Source: Candidatus Uhrbacteria bacterium
GTDB lineage: Bacteria; Patescibacteriota; Patescibacteriia; JACPHY01
Length of the DNA: 64,000 nt
Reading direction: 5' to 3'
Assembly: GCA_016188355.1 (NCBI GenBank)
Contig: JACPHY010000005.1
Location: 7,389 to 71,388, forward strand
Under the pieces are notes generated by a model, which saw only the letters and a list, made by a program, of their open reading frames with translations, was not told the origin of the DNA and ran no database searches. This document shows, piece after piece, positions 19,561 to 30,134 of the stretch. Numbering within the stretch: position 1 is the first letter of the stretch; each line of letters opens with the position of its first letter. The position numbers and the translations under genes are program-made.

Positions 19561-19980
19561 GTGACCTACACGTTCCGCATTCTGCTGTTCGTCATCGCCC
19601 TGAGCGGAATCGGGATCACCGGCTGTGCGACCGCAAATCCGCACATCGACGAATTCGGCATCGAGGCACCCGCATGGACGCGTCTGCTCTGCTCGTTCGA
19701 TGAGGACGATCGCGTCCGGTCAGTGGGCGCTATCGCCGGAGTGCGAAACATTGCCCTTGCGCGTTCCGGAGCATCCGATCGCGCGCGAGCAGCGGTCGAC
19801 ACGTGCGTCAACGGATCGGCGGCCGTGCTCCGGAAGCAGCCAAGCCAGGTTCAATTCGCGACCCGTACGATGCGGTTCGTGATCATCGAACTCATCTGGC
19901 GTCACCCGGTGACCGGCGTCACGTACGCCCTCGCGAGTGCGCCGATCCCATCGGCGCAGATGCCCGTCACGAAACTCTAG
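19561..19980 (+). CDS. Putative lipoprotein (LPP20-like)
   Basis: AAGGAG SD + GTG; signal peptide with ITG-C lipobox; VG.IAG..NIALARSGASDRARA resembles the LPP20 family. Confidence 0.7.
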   Translation: MTYTFRILLFVIALSGIGITGCATANPHIDEFGIEAPAWTRLLCSFDEDDRVRSVGAIAGVRNIALARSGASDRARAAVDTCVNGSAAVLRKQPSQVQFATRTMRFVIIELIWRHPVTGVTYALASAPIPSAQMPVTKL

Positions 19981-20021
19981 ATACGAGATCGGGATATCCT
20001 GATCCCGGAAAGGACAGGCAC

Positions 20022-20321
20022 ATGGTCACATTGATAGGATCGATTCTGATCCTCACGATCGCACTGGATGCGATTGGGAGCATGCTCGGATTCAAGGGAT
20101 TCCATGTCACGCGTGGGGTCCTCGTGGGCGGCCTCCATCTGCTCCGCTCGGGATTGCAGTGGCTCATCCGCGGCACGGGCGCAGTGCTCCAGGAGCTCGG
20201 CGGACTCATCGCCGGCCCGGGCACTGGAACGCGCGGTGCCATCGGACGGCTCACCGCCGGATTCGGACGCGTACTCACCACCGCGGGGAGCGGAGGAGGC
20301 CGACGGAATGGGCATCGATAA
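20022..20321 (+). CDS. Small Gly-rich membrane protein
   Basis: N-terminal hydrophobic helix followed by amphipathic Gly-rich helices. Confidence 0.6.
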   Translation: MVTLIGSILILTIALDAIGSMLGFKGFHVTRGVLVGGLHLLRSGLQWLIRGTGAVLQELGGLIAGPGTGTRGAIGRLTAGFGRVLTTAGSGGGRRNGHR

Positions 20322-20619
20322 CCGGCCGAGCGAACGCGTCTCGATCCTGGAGGCGATCAACGCAATCCTCGGATCGCTCGTCTTCCTCTTCTTCGTGTGG
20401 TGCGTCGTCATCGACGCGCTCGCATGGATGGGCGGCGAACGACGGCGGTTCCTCACGACGACACTTCTGTTCGGTTCACGTCGCGAGCGCGCCGCACTGT
20501 TCGGACGGCTCCTCGTCGGCTTCTCGATCGGCCTCGCGAAAGGCATCATCATGATGCCGGTGGAAGCGACGAAGGCGGCCATACGCCGCATCCGCAGCAA
20601 CCGCTCCGATGAGACGTAG
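20308..20619 (+). CDS. Small membrane protein
   Basis: GGAGGAGG SD; TM segment AILGSLVFLFFVWCVVIDALAW; overlaps the previous gene. Confidence 0.6.
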   Translation: MGIDNRPSERVSILEAINAILGSLVFLFFVWCVVIDALAWMGGERRRFLTTTLLFGSRRERAALFGRLLVGFSIGLAKGIIMMPVEATKAAIRRIRSNRSDET

Positions 20620-20633
20620 CGCGATCGCACACC

Positions 20634-20667
20634 CCCCCGACCACCCGGTCGGGGGAACTTCTTTGTT
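20634..20667 (+). terminator. Intrinsic terminator
   Basis: CCCCCGACC/GGTCGGGGG hairpin followed by AACTTCTTTGTT. Confidence 0.6.
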
Positions 20668-20737
20668 GGCATCCCTTGACATTCGCATGGCCCTATGATG
20701 TACTTGGGGCACCTCAGCGCAAAGGAGGATTTCTATC

Positions 20738-21028
20738 GTGACCTTTTCTCCTGAGTTTCTCGAGGGCCGAACGGCGCATTTGCGTCGAAAGCAGGAAAAC
20801 ACCACTCGACGGCTCGCCGGTGAACTACCGGAGCAACATCGCACCTACAAAATCGAACGACTCTTGCCGGCCGTAGCGGAAGCGCTCACGCGCATTTCGA
20901 TGGGAACCTACGGCATCTGCATCGAATGTGAGACACCCATTCCGGAAAAGCGACTCCTCAAAATCCCAGAGGCTACCCGCTGCGCGCCGTGTCAGACGGA
21001 GGTCGAACAGGATGCACGAACGCACTGA
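20738..21028 (+). CDS. TraR/DksA C4-type zinc finger protein
   Basis: AL.RI..GTYGICIECETPIPEKRLL.IPEATRCAPCQ; AGGAGG SD + GTG. Confidence 0.9.
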   Translation: MTFSPEFLEGRTAHLRRKQENTTRRLAGELPEQHRTYKIERLLPAVAEALTRISMGTYGICIECETPIPEKRLLKIPEATRCAPCQTEVEQDARTH

Positions 21029-21335
21029 GGCAGCACGACGACACGCAGATGCGATCTGGGAGGCGGGAATCCTGCGCGTCCATCGTTTTGTCGCAAGCGG
21101 GATGATCCCGCCGACCGATACATGCCCGGAAGCCGAGATCTGGTCCGCAACCGTGCGCGCAATCATCGCATATAGCAATGATCGCAATCTGCTCGCGCGC
21201 TGGGACCGCGCAAGCCTCGAACAACGCTACGCCATGTTCGAGGGCAGGAAACTGGGGTACGACCATTTCATCGCATGCTACAACGCGGAGGTATGGGCAA
21301 TGGTCGGTCAGGCGCTACAGTCCACCCGGCAATGA
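21012..21335 (+). CDS. Hypothetical protein
   Basis: GGAGG upstream; overlaps the end of the DksA-like gene; 107 aa. Confidence 0.55.
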   Translation: MHERTEAARRHADAIWEAGILRVHRFVASGMIPPTDTCPEAEIWSATVRAIIAYSNDRNLLARWDRASLEQRYAMFEGRKLGYDHFIACYNAEVWAMVGQALQSTRQ

Positions 21336-21393
21336 ACAATGCACCACTCCCAAGCAGCCATCCAATCGTGCTCCCAATGACTCATGCGGGAAC

Positions 21394-22140
21394 TCAGCCA
21401 ACTCGGCTGGGTTCATTTTCGTGATGCGCAAAAACGAATAACCGCGATATGTGCAGCATCTCCTGTAGCTGTTCGGTCGAGGTCATCTCGGATTCCGGAA
21501 ATGCATGACGCGGCAGTCGCAAAATCACGAAACGCAATCGCTCGCGCGGCACGTTGCCACTGACCATACGCACATACGCACGATCGGCACCTCGATAATG
21601 CACATACGATCCATCGGGAACGGGCGCGACGCGCATGTCTGCTGGTGGAAGAAATCCCACAATGAACTGCTCCGCACCGGAATACACTTTTCCAAAACCA
21701 CGACCAAATGGAATGCGTAAACCTTCTGCGCCGGTCCCCAATAATGCCGCATTCGGATACGGATCTCCCCCGTGTGCGGATGGGTCAAAACGAATGCGCA
21801 GATCGAGACCGCGCTCCAATACGCGCGGCAACATCTGCAAATTCTCGCGCCGTACCACGAGTCCAGGATACTGACGCGCCTCAGCGAGAATGCGCTTGCT
21901 ATATTCCAGATCCAGATGCGCTCCCACGCGATCAAAAAACCGTACATGTGCAGCGAAATGCTCCCGCTTGCGATGTTCATCCGCATGCTCTGCCTGTACA
22001 TCCTGCTCAAACGCACGAATTTCCTCTTCAAACGATACCGGCTGCGCAACCGCACACCCCGGCACATGACCACGCTCGAGCGGCTGGTCACAGTACGCGC
22101 AGGACGGAATCTCCAAACGTGGTCGGAATGTTTCTAACAT
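21394..22140 (-). CDS. Hypothetical protein (N-terminal CxxC..H..C)
   Basis: 248-aa ORF filling the gap; protein-like composition. Confidence 0.6.
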   Translation of the reverse strand: MLETFRPRLEIPSCAYCDQPLERGHVPGCAVAQPVSFEEEIRAFEQDVQAEHADEHRKREHFAAHVRFFDRVGAHLDLEYSKRILAEARQYPGLVVRRENLQMLPRVLERGLDLRIRFDPSAHGGDPYPNAALLGTGAEGLRIPFGRGFGKVYSGAEQFIVGFLPPADMRVAPVPDGSYVHYRGADRAYVRMVSGNVPRERLRFVILRLPRHAFPESEMTSTEQLQEMLHISRLFVFAHHENEPSRVG

Positions 22141-22263
22141 ACGGGGTCACCGGAAGGTCACGCTCGCATCGTACCGCAATCGAAGACGTCGTCACTACCT
22201 CGCCCGCTGAACAATCGACGTGTACACTACATATCGTGGGAGCAGCAGCACCATCGTTTGCAC

Positions 22264-24552
22264 ATGCCTCGGAAGCACGCCCCCAAACCCCATCGCGGCA
22301 GTCGACCGGAAGATCGGCCCATGTTGAGTCCGGAAACGCGCCACAGTATTATCGTGGTCGCGCTGTTTGCTTGTGGCGCTGTGGGCGTCCTGGCGTTCGC
22401 GGGTGGCGCGGGACGAGCGGGTGTGGTCATCGCCGATGCGTTGCGTGCGCTGTTTGGGCTAGCCGCATACCTCGTGCCGCTCGTCCTCCTCATCCTCGCA
22501 TCCATGCTGGTCCGAGAAGACCGGCCACAATTCTCCGTACTCCAGATTATTGGACTCTCGCTGACCGCGGCCAGCATCACGGGGCTACTCCACTTGGAAC
22601 TCCATGCGAACGCCACTACGACCAGTGACCTCGCGCGCGGCGGCGGCTATCTCGGCGCTGCGCTCGCCATGCCGCTCGCGTCCCTTTTTGGCCCGGTCGC
22701 TACCGGCGTCCTCCTCATTTGCGGCGCACTCATCGGCTGTTTCTTGGGATTCCATCTCTCGTTTGATCATCTCCGCGCTGCCTACCGCACGATTGCCCAT
22801 GTGCTCCGCAGTGCGCACCTCGCGATCCTCGCATTTCGCTATCGCACTCCACGAACCACGCAAACGGACGCTCCCATGGCGGCGACCTTTACGGAACGGC
22901 CCGTGGATGTCGCGGAGCGAGCAGCGACCGAATCCGAGGAAGAGGAACCGGAGGCTGATGCGCCAGCATCCAGCCCCTCTGCCACTTCGGATACTGCCGC
23001 CGCGCCCGCCGCCGCATCCGCAGCGGACGCGCTCGCCGCGCCCGCGCGAAAACGCCCCCGACGACCACGCATCGAAATTCCCCTCACCCTCCTTTCGAAT
23101 GAAATTGGTAAGCCCATGAGCGGTGACGTCCGTGCGGGTCAAGAAATCATTCGGCGCACGCTCGAGCAATTCCGCATCAACGTGGAAATGGGTGACATCC
23201 GCGTGGGTCCCACGGTAACCCAGTACTCGCTTCGTCCCGCGGAAGGCGTAAAACTTTCTCGCATTACGGCGCTCCAAAATGATCTCGCGCTCGCGCTCGC
23301 CGCGCATCCGATTCGTATTGAAGCGCCGATCCCGGGAAAATCGCTCGTCGGCGTGGAGGTCCCGAACCAACGCGTTGCGGTAGTACGGCTCCGCGAAATC
23401 TTCGAATCCGAGGCATTCCAAAAACGTTCCTCCAACCTCACTGTGGCGCTCGGTAAGGATGTAGCAGGAGCGGTTTGGACGGCAGACATTACGCGCATGC
23501 CGCACTGCCTCGTCGCGGGATCCACCGGCAGCGGAAAATCCGTCATGCTGAATGCCATGATCATTTCGCTCCTCGTCCAGAATGGACCCGATGATCTCCG
23601 CCTCCTCCTCGTCGACCCGAAGCGCGTCGAATTCCCGGTGTACAACGGCATTCCCCATCTCCTCACGCCCGTCATCACGGATGTGAAGAAGACGGTGCAG
23701 GCGCTCAAGTGGGCGCTCGCGGAAATGGATCGCCGATTCGAACTGCTCGCGGGAGCTAAAAAACGCGACTTGGGTTCCTACAACGCCACACGGCGCGATG
23801 AAGCCGATCGCTTGCCCTACCTCGTTATCGTGATCGATGAACTCGCCGATCTCATGGCCGTGGCCGCCAATGAAGTAGAGGCATCCATCATTCGGCTAGC
23901 GCAAATGGCGCGCGCGGTGGGTATTCATCTCATCGTTGCCACACAGCGGCCATCGGTCGATGTCATCACGGGGCTCATCAAGGCAAACATTACCGCACGC
24001 ATCGCCTTTGCCGTGGCCTCCTCCATTGATTCCCGCACGATTCTCGATCAAGTGGGCGCAGAACGACTCCTCGGCCGCGGCGACATGCTCTTCACCTCGG
24101 CCGAACTCAGCAAACCCAAGCGACTCCAGGGCGCATTCGTCGCGGATCAGGAAATTCAACGCATCGTCGAACATCTCCGCGAGCACAGCATGCCAGTCGA
24201 TGGGGGCGACGCGCTCGACGAATCGCCCATCGTGGTCTTTACCGAACGCGGGAGTAGCGATGGTCTCGATGATGACGACGCCGACGATCTCCTCCCCGAG
24301 GCGAAGGAGGTGCTCCTCCAAGCCGGCAAGGGATCCGCCTCACTCCTCCAGCGGCGTCTCAAAGTAGGTTACGCTCGTGCTGCGCGCATCCTCGACATCC
24401 TCGAGCGCCAGGGATTCATCGGCCCCGCCGATGGCGCGAAACCGAGAGAGGTACTGGGAGGCGGTCCGCCGTCCACCGCCCACGGCCTCACCCCAGACCA
24501 GGAGGATGGGGAAATGGGGGAGGAAGAGGAAAATGATGATAGGATGAAATAA
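22264..24552 (+). CDS. ftsK: DNA translocase FtsK/SpoIIIE
   Basis: N-terminal TMs, RIEAPIPGK, GSTGSGKS, IDELADLM, ATQRPSVDV and gamma domain LQRRLKVGYARAAR. Confidence 0.97.
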   Translation: MPRKHAPKPHRGSRPEDRPMLSPETRHSIIVVALFACGAVGVLAFAGGAGRAGVVIADALRALFGLAAYLVPLVLLILASMLVREDRPQFSVLQIIGLSLTAASITGLLHLELHANATTTSDLARGGGYLGAALAMPLASLFGPVATGVLLICGALIGCFLGFHLSFDHLRAAYRTIAHVLRSAHLAILAFRYRTPRTTQTDAPMAATFTERPVDVAERAATESEEEEPEADAPASSPSATSDTAAAPAAASAADALAAPARKRPRRPRIEIPLTLLSNEIGKPMSGDVRAGQEIIRRTLEQFRINVEMGDIRVGPTVTQYSLRPAEGVKLSRITALQNDLALALAAHPIRIEAPIPGKSLVGVEVPNQRVAVVRLREIFESEAFQKRSSNLTVALGKDVAGAVWTADITRMPHCLVAGSTGSGKSVMLNAMIISLLVQNGPDDLRLLLVDPKRVEFPVYNGIPHLLTPVITDVKKTVQALKWALAEMDRRFELLAGAKKRDLGSYNATRRDEADRLPYLVIVIDELADLMAVAANEVEASIIRLAQMARAVGIHLIVATQRPSVDVITGLIKANITARIAFAVASSIDSRTILDQVGAERLLGRGDMLFTSAELSKPKRLQGAFVADQEIQRIVEHLREHSMPVDGGDALDESPIVVFTERGSSDGLDDDDADDLLPEAKEVLLQAGKGSASLLQRRLKVGYARAARILDILERQGFIGPADGAKPREVLGGGPPSTAHGLTPDQEDGEMGEEEENDDRMK

Positions 24553-24562
24553 TTCTCTTTTT

Positions 24563-24946
24563 GTGCTCCAACCCTCCCTCTTTCACGATTATCCGAGCCG
24601 CATTCGTCGCGTCCTCATCGCCATGACGCTGCTCATGGTGCTGGGCGTGGTCGGGCATCGCATTTCTACCATCATCGCTCCGCCCCCACTCGTCATCCGC
24701 ACGCCAGAGGATAAAGCGTCGACGGCGAGTCGCATGGTGACCATTGTCGGCACCACCGCACCCGGCGCCCTGCTCACCGTGAATGGCGCCGCCATCACCC
24801 CGGACGGCTCTGGATCCTTCTCGACCGATGTGGTGCTCGTCCCCGGCGCCAACACCATCGACATCACCGCTCGCCGACGCCATAGCCGCTCCGCCAAAAT
24901 CCAGCGCCTCATCTACGTCCACGCCGCGAACGCGCCGCTCGCGTAG
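24563..24946 (+). CDS. Membrane-anchored Ig-like domain protein
   Basis: TM followed by PPL.I.TP...GTT.PGA.LTVNG...DGSF...V.L.PG.N.I.I.A. Confidence 0.75.
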   Translation: MLQPSLFHDYPSRIRRVLIAMTLLMVLGVVGHRISTIIAPPPLVIRTPEDKASTASRMVTIVGTTAPGALLTVNGAAITPDGSGSFSTDVVLVPGANTIDITARRRHSRSAKIQRLIYVHAANAPLA

Positions 24947-25040
24947 GACGCAACCCCCTCTCCGCCACGGGCGACTCCACAGCGCCCGTGGCTTTGGTAT
25001 GGTGGCACCATTCGAACCCTTTGCGTTCTTGTCTTCCGTT

Positions 25041-26129
25041 ATGCCAAAAGCCAATCCACAGGATGCGCGCTCGTCTGCTGCGTGGGATGCGGTCGCACAA
25101 ATTAAGGAGCGGTTCGGCGATGGCGCCATCATGCGCCTCGGAGAGGCAAAAAAGATGGAGGTGGAATCGCTTTCCACGCAATGCCTCTCCCTCGACCTCG
25201 CGCTCGGCATTGGCGGAGTCCCCCGCGGTCGCATCATCGAAATCTACGGACCGGAATCCTCCGGAAAAACGACCCTCGCGCTCCATGTGGCTGCGGAGGC
25301 GCAGCGTCAAGGCGGCATTGTTGCCTTCGTGGACGCAGAGCATGCACTCGATCCCGAATACGCCGCAAAACTCGGCGTCAAGATCGACGAACTCCTCATC
25401 TCGCAGCCGGATTCCGGCGAGCAGGCGCTCGATATCGTCGAAACGCTCGTGCGCTCTGCGGGCATCGATGTCATCATCATCGACTCCGTTGCTGCGCTGG
25501 TTCCCAAGGCAGAAATCGAAGGAGAAATGGGCGATCAGCACATGGGCCTCCAAGCGCGCCTCATGAGCCAGGCGCTCCGCAAACTCACGGCCCTCATTTC
25601 GAAAACGCGCACCTGCTGCATCTTCCTCAACCAAACCCGCATGAAGATCGGTATCATGTTCGGGAATCCCGAAACGACGACCGGCGGCAATGCGCTCAAA
25701 TTCTATTCCTCCATTCGCATTGAGGTGCGCCGCGCGGCACAGATCAAGCTTGGCGAAAAAGTGATCGGCAACATCGTCAAAGCGCAGATCAAAAAGAATA
25801 AGGTCGCTCCCCCCTTCCGTGCATGTGAATTCGAAATCATGTACAACGAGGGCATTTCCGTTGCAGGTGATCTCATTGAGCTCGGGGTCGCAGAGCAAGT
25901 CTTGGAAAAACGCGGCAACTCCTACGCATTTGGGGAGATAAAACTTGGCATGGGGCGCGAACAGGCACGCGCATTCCTCCGCGAGCAACCAAAGCTCATG
26001 CAGGAACTCCGCGCAGCGATTACGAAGTCCATTGAAGCTCGAGAGCGGGCCGAGCGTCCCGCCGTACGTGCGGCCGTGCCCGCGGCCCCCACAGAGGAAC
26101 TCGACCCCGCCCTCGCAGAGGTCGCATGA
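25041..26129 (+). CDS. recA: Recombinase RecA
   Basis: [37 protein letters not shown] and GGNALKFY motifs. Confidence 0.99.
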   Translation: MPKANPQDARSSAAWDAVAQIKERFGDGAIMRLGEAKKMEVESLSTQCLSLDLALGIGGVPRGRIIEIYGPESSGKTTLALHVAAEAQRQGGIVAFVDAEHALDPEYAAKLGVKIDELLISQPDSGEQALDIVETLVRSAGIDVIIIDSVAALVPKAEIEGEMGDQHMGLQARLMSQALRKLTALISKTRTCCIFLNQTRMKIGIMFGNPETTTGGNALKFYSSIRIEVRRAAQIKLGEKVIGNIVKAQIKKNKVAPPFRACEFEIMYNEGISVAGDLIELGVAEQVLEKRGNSYAFGEIKLGMGREQARAFLREQPKLMQELRAAITKSIEARERAERPAVRAAVPAAPTEELDPALAEVA

Positions 26130-26704
26130 GCGTGGCGCACGCCCCCTCCGATGCAGCACTCATTGAAGCACACCGCCGAGGCGATGCGGGCGCATTTCGC
26201 GTGCTCGTCGACCGCCACATGACCGCAACGTATCGCTGCGCGTACGCGGTGGTCCACGATACCGCGGCAGCCGAAGACGTGACGCAGGAGACGTTCGTGA
26301 AGGCATGGCGCCATTGCGCCGCATTCGACACACGACGCCCGTTCCGCGCGTGGCTCCTCCAGATTGCCCGGAATACCGCAATCGATTGGATACGCACCCA
26401 TCGAGAAATCCCACTTGCCGCATTTCCCGAATCCACCCATCTCCTGGATGCATCCATCCATTCCCGCGATACTCCTGCGCCACTCACCATCCTGGAACAA
26501 CGGGAAGCGGCGCAAGAGGTACGCAACATCGTGCACCGACTCACCGCCGGCGTACGCCGCATCCTAGAACTCCACTATCGCCACGGACACACGTTCCGAG
26601 AAATCGCCACGGCGCTCCGCAAACCACTTCACACCGTCAAAAGTCAGCACCGCCGCGCAATCGCACAACTGAGAACAAAAATGACGAATCCATCGACCAC
26701 ATGA
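26126..26704 (+). CDS. ECF sigma-70 factor
   Basis: [24 protein letters not shown] and a region-4 HTH (TF.EIA..L...HTVKS); ATGA overlap with recA. Confidence 0.92.
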   Translation: MSVAHAPSDAALIEAHRRGDAGAFRVLVDRHMTATYRCAYAVVHDTAAAEDVTQETFVKAWRHCAAFDTRRPFRAWLLQIARNTAIDWIRTHREIPLAAFPESTHLLDASIHSRDTPAPLTILEQREAAQEVRNIVHRLTAGVRRILELHYRHGHTFREIATALRKPLHTVKSQHRRAIAQLRTKMTNPSTT

Positions 26705-26738
26705 ACCACCGGCATGCACCAATGCATGCCGGTGGTTC
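26703..26738. repeat. Perfect 16-bp inverted repeat overlapping a possible ECF promoter
   Basis: GAACCACCGGCATGCA-CCAA-TGCATGCCGGTGGTTC; overlaps GCACC-N17-CGTA. Confidence 0.7.
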
Positions 26739-26752
26739 GTAGAAGGAGTGAT

Positions 26753-27145
26753 ATGCCGATGCGCCAGGATCCCCCGCCGCGACCGCGCCCCCAGCTTCGC
26801 TTGGCGATTCATACGCGCCTTGCCGCAGAGGAACGGCGAGCGACGCGGAGACAACTCGCCTGGTCGATCACCCTCGCCAGCGCTGCGGCAATAACCTGTG
26901 TTCCGCTCGTGCGCAACCTGCATCAGGAATCCATCCGATCAGGATTTGCCCCGCTCCTCATCCTCCTCATCTCCGACCCCGATATCATCCTGGCGTACGG
27001 ACACGATGTCGCGCTCGCCGCCGCAGAACTCCTGCCGAGCGTACCATTCGCACTCACCCTGGCCATGGCAACCATCTCAAGCATGTGCATCCACCGCACG
27101 CTGCATGCCTGGATCCGCCTGCGCCATCGATATGGAATTTCGTAA
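26753..27145 (+). CDS. Putative anti-sigma membrane protein
   Basis: AGAAGGAG SD; follows the ECF sigma gene; short helical N-terminus plus TMs. Confidence 0.65.
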   Translation: MPMRQDPPPRPRPQLRLAIHTRLAAEERRATRRQLAWSITLASAAAITCVPLVRNLHQESIRSGFAPLLILLISDPDIILAYGHDVALAAAELLPSVPFALTLAMATISSMCIHRTLHAWIRLRHRYGIS

Positions 27146-27620
27146 CCCCCTCTCCTCCCCACTCTTCCGTGGGATCGGATACGGCCTCGGCGCCGCAGCG
27201 CTCGCCGCGCTCCTCTTCGCATTCGGCGTCCACGTCGGATACCGGAAGGCCGCGTTCGCGTCCCGATGGACAGAACGCTACGAGCGAAACTTCATGGGAC
27301 CACACCCAAAGACGCTGCGGGGCCGATTTCCTCCCTCCGCTATGGGGAGTGCGCATGGCACCTTTGGACGTATTACCACTATCGCACTGCCCGAATTGAC
27401 GATCAGTAGCGATCGACTCGAACAACTCGTGGTCACTGATGCACGCACGACGGTGCGCCAATTCCAACACACCCGCACTCCCGCGGATCTCCGGGTGGAC
27501 GACGCCGTTGCGGTCATTGGCGCACCCGACGCCGATGGACGCATCCATGCAAAATTCATCCGCATACTCCCCGCGTGGCCGACCATCGCTCCGGATGGTC
27601 GATATTCTCCCTCCCCATGA
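27132..27620 (+). CDS. Membrane-anchored DUF5666-like (OB-fold) protein
   Basis: TM followed by HG.FG.I...T.VR...DL.VDD.V.VIG.PD.DG.I.A..IRI. Confidence 0.7.
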   Translation: MEFRNPLSSPLFRGIGYGLGAAALAALLFAFGVHVGYRKAAFASRWTERYERNFMGPHPKTLRGRFPPSAMGSAHGTFGRITTIALPELTISSDRLEQLVVTDARTTVRQFQHTRTPADLRVDDAVAVIGAPDADGRIHAKFIRILPAWPTIAPDGRYSPSP

Positions 27621-29404
27621 ACCCCAGCACTCGACGCCATCTCCGCCGCAGTATCACGATCCTTATCATCTGCGCGATAGGCGCAGGGGGCGCATTCGCT
27701 TGGTACCGCACCACCCATCAATCGCCGCAGCCCGTGCGGTACGTGCTCACACCCGTGCACCGCGGCACCATCACCGTTGCCGTGCGCGGGAGCGGCCAAG
27801 TGGCTCCCGTACAACAGCTCGACGTACGACCGAAACTCGCCAGCACCGTCCGCGCACTCCTTATGCGGGAAGGGCAACTCGTGCGCGCGGGACAGCCCCT
27901 CCTCACCCTGGATACTCGCGATCTCACCAAAACCATTCGTGATGCGGAAACCAATCTCGAGAGCGCACGCCTCGCCCTCGAAAAAATCAAACGACCACCT
28001 GATGCAGTCACGCTCCTCGATGCGGAACATGCGCGCGATGAGGCGCAGGAAGCGGAGACGCGCACCGCGTCCGATCTCCAAAAAGCATACGTGGATGCAT
28101 TCACGGCCATCGCCAATGCGTTCCTCGACCTTCCCGCGATCATGACTGGACTCCAGGACACGCTCTACAGCAATGCCGCCGGGTCGCCGCAATGGCACCT
28201 CGATGCGTACACCGATGCCATGTCGCCCTACGAACCACGCGCAATCCAATATCGGAACGATGTCGATACGAAATATCAAGCCGCACGACGCGCATATGAG
28301 GCAGCATTTGCGGAATACAAAACCACCGAACCATCGGCAAGCACCGCGGCCATCGCCAAGCTCCTCACGAATACCACGACCACCGTCACCGCAATCACCG
28401 ATGCCATCAAATCGGCGAACAACCTCATCCAACTCTCCCAAGATCGCCGCACCGAACGACACCTCACACCGATCGCCACATCGAGCGCCCATCTCGCTGC
28501 ACTGAACAGCTCCACCGGGAAGCTCTACACCCACTCCACCAATCTTCGTGCGGCCGCCACGGCTATTACGAACGCGCAGCGCGCGATCGTGACCGCACAG
28601 CGCACCACTGCATCACGCGCGGCAACACTCGCAAAGCTCCACGCCGGCCCAGATGCGCTCGATATCCGTACTCAGGAACTCGTCATCCGCCAGCGCGAGC
28701 AGGTGCTCCGCGATGCGCGCGATGCGCTTGCTGATGCATCGGTACTGGCGCCCATGGACGGCATGATCGTCGAGATCCCCGTGCGTATTTCCGATACCGT
28801 AAATTCCGCAACGACCATCGCGACCATGATCGCGGTGCAGCGCATTGCCACCATTACCGTGAACGAAGTCGATGTCGCCAAACTCCGCGTCGATCAACCC
28901 GCGACGCTCACGTTCGATGCCATTACCGATCTCACCATCAGCGGACGCGTCGCGCGCATCGATACGCTCGGCACCACCACCCAAGGCGTCGTCGGCTACG
29001 GCGTGGACCTGGCACTGGACACCACCGACGAGCGTGTACGTCCGGGCATGAGCGTGAGTGCCGCGATTATCACCGACGCACACACCGACATCCTCCAGCT
29101 CCCGAATGCCGCGATACAGGTCCAGGGCGATCGCGCCACCGTATCCATCCTCGAGGACATGCGCCGAGGCACGCCAAATCCCGCCGGGGTACCCGCTCGC
29201 GCTGCACCACAACGCATTCCGGTGACCATCGGTCTCACCAATGACGACATGACGGAAATTCAGGACGGTCTCCAGGAAGGCGATCTCGTCGTCACGCAAA
29301 CGATCGACCCGAACACCACACGTACAACGAATCGCACCGCGACTCCGGCAAACAATGGCCTTCGCCTCTTCGGCGCTCCTACCGGTGGCGCCCGTATCCG
29401 ATAA
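27617..29404 (+). CDS. Efflux periplasmic adaptor (MacA/HlyD-like) with long helical hairpin
   Basis: GQ.VRAGQPL.TLD, APMDG, VNEVDV..L, RPGMS and GL.EGD.VV motifs. Confidence 0.9.
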   Translation: MNPSTRRHLRRSITILIICAIGAGGAFAWYRTTHQSPQPVRYVLTPVHRGTITVAVRGSGQVAPVQQLDVRPKLASTVRALLMREGQLVRAGQPLLTLDTRDLTKTIRDAETNLESARLALEKIKRPPDAVTLLDAEHARDEAQEAETRTASDLQKAYVDAFTAIANAFLDLPAIMTGLQDTLYSNAAGSPQWHLDAYTDAMSPYEPRAIQYRNDVDTKYQAARRAYEAAFAEYKTTEPSASTAAIAKLLTNTTTTVTAITDAIKSANNLIQLSQDRRTERHLTPIATSSAHLAALNSSTGKLYTHSTNLRAAATAITNAQRAIVTAQRTTASRAATLAKLHAGPDALDIRTQELVIRQREQVLRDARDALADASVLAPMDGMIVEIPVRISDTVNSATTIATMIAVQRIATITVNEVDVAKLRVDQPATLTFDAITDLTISGRVARIDTLGTTTQGVVGYGVDLALDTTDERVRPGMSVSAAIITDAHTDILQLPNAAIQVQGDRATVSILEDMRRGTPNPAGVPARAAPQRIPVTIGLTNDDMTEIQDGLQEGDLVVTQTIDPNTTRTTNRTATPANNGLRLFGAPTGGARIR

Positions 29405-29408
29405 TTGC

Positions 29409-30134
29409 ATGATCGAACTGCGCGAGATTGAAAAACGATACCCTACGGGTGATACCGAGACCGTAGTGCTCCGCGATGTCTCCTTCCGAATTGATGCAGG
29501 AGAATTCGTCGCCATCATGGGACCATCCGGGTCAGGAAAATCGACGCTCATGCATATCCTGGGACTCCTCGACGCTCCCTCGCATGGCACCTATCTCCTC
29601 GAAGGAACCGATGTTGCCGCACTCCCTGAGGACGAACGCGCCGCGATCCGAAGTCGCCGCATTGGATTCGTCTTCCAGGCATTCAACCTCCTCCCCCGCG
29701 CCACCGTTTTCCGAAACGTGGCACTTCCCCTCGTGTACGCGGGCATGGCGCGACGCGTTCGGCGCGCGCACATCGAACGCGCGCTCACCGCCGCAGGATT
29801 ACCCGCCGATCGCTGGCAGCACCGATCGAATCAACTCTCCGGTGGACAGATGCAACGCGTCGCCATTGCGCGTGCGCTCGTGAATGACCCCGCACTGCTC
29901 CTTGCGGACGAACCCACGGGCAACCTCGATACCGCTACGGGCGAGGTGGTACTCGAAACGTTCCAACGACTCCACCAGGAAGCACACCGCACCATCGTGC
30001 TCATTACGCACGAGCAGTACGTTGCGGAACACGCACAACGAATCCTCCACATTCGCGATGGAGCGATTCGCGAAGACATCCGTAATCACGCGCCGCGTAT
30101 CGCGCGTATCACCTCCCCCCATGCGCATCCTTGA
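29409..30134 (+). CDS. MacB/LolD-type ABC ATPase
   Basis: [14 protein letters not shown] and [10 protein letters not shown]. Confidence 0.95.
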   Translation: MIELREIEKRYPTGDTETVVLRDVSFRIDAGEFVAIMGPSGSGKSTLMHILGLLDAPSHGTYLLEGTDVAALPEDERAAIRSRRIGFVFQAFNLLPRATVFRNVALPLVYAGMARRVRRAHIERALTAAGLPADRWQHRSNQLSGGQMQRVAIARALVNDPALLLADEPTGNLDTATGEVVLETFQRLHQEAHRTIVLITHEQYVAEHAQRILHIRDGAIREDIRNHAPRIARITSPHAHP

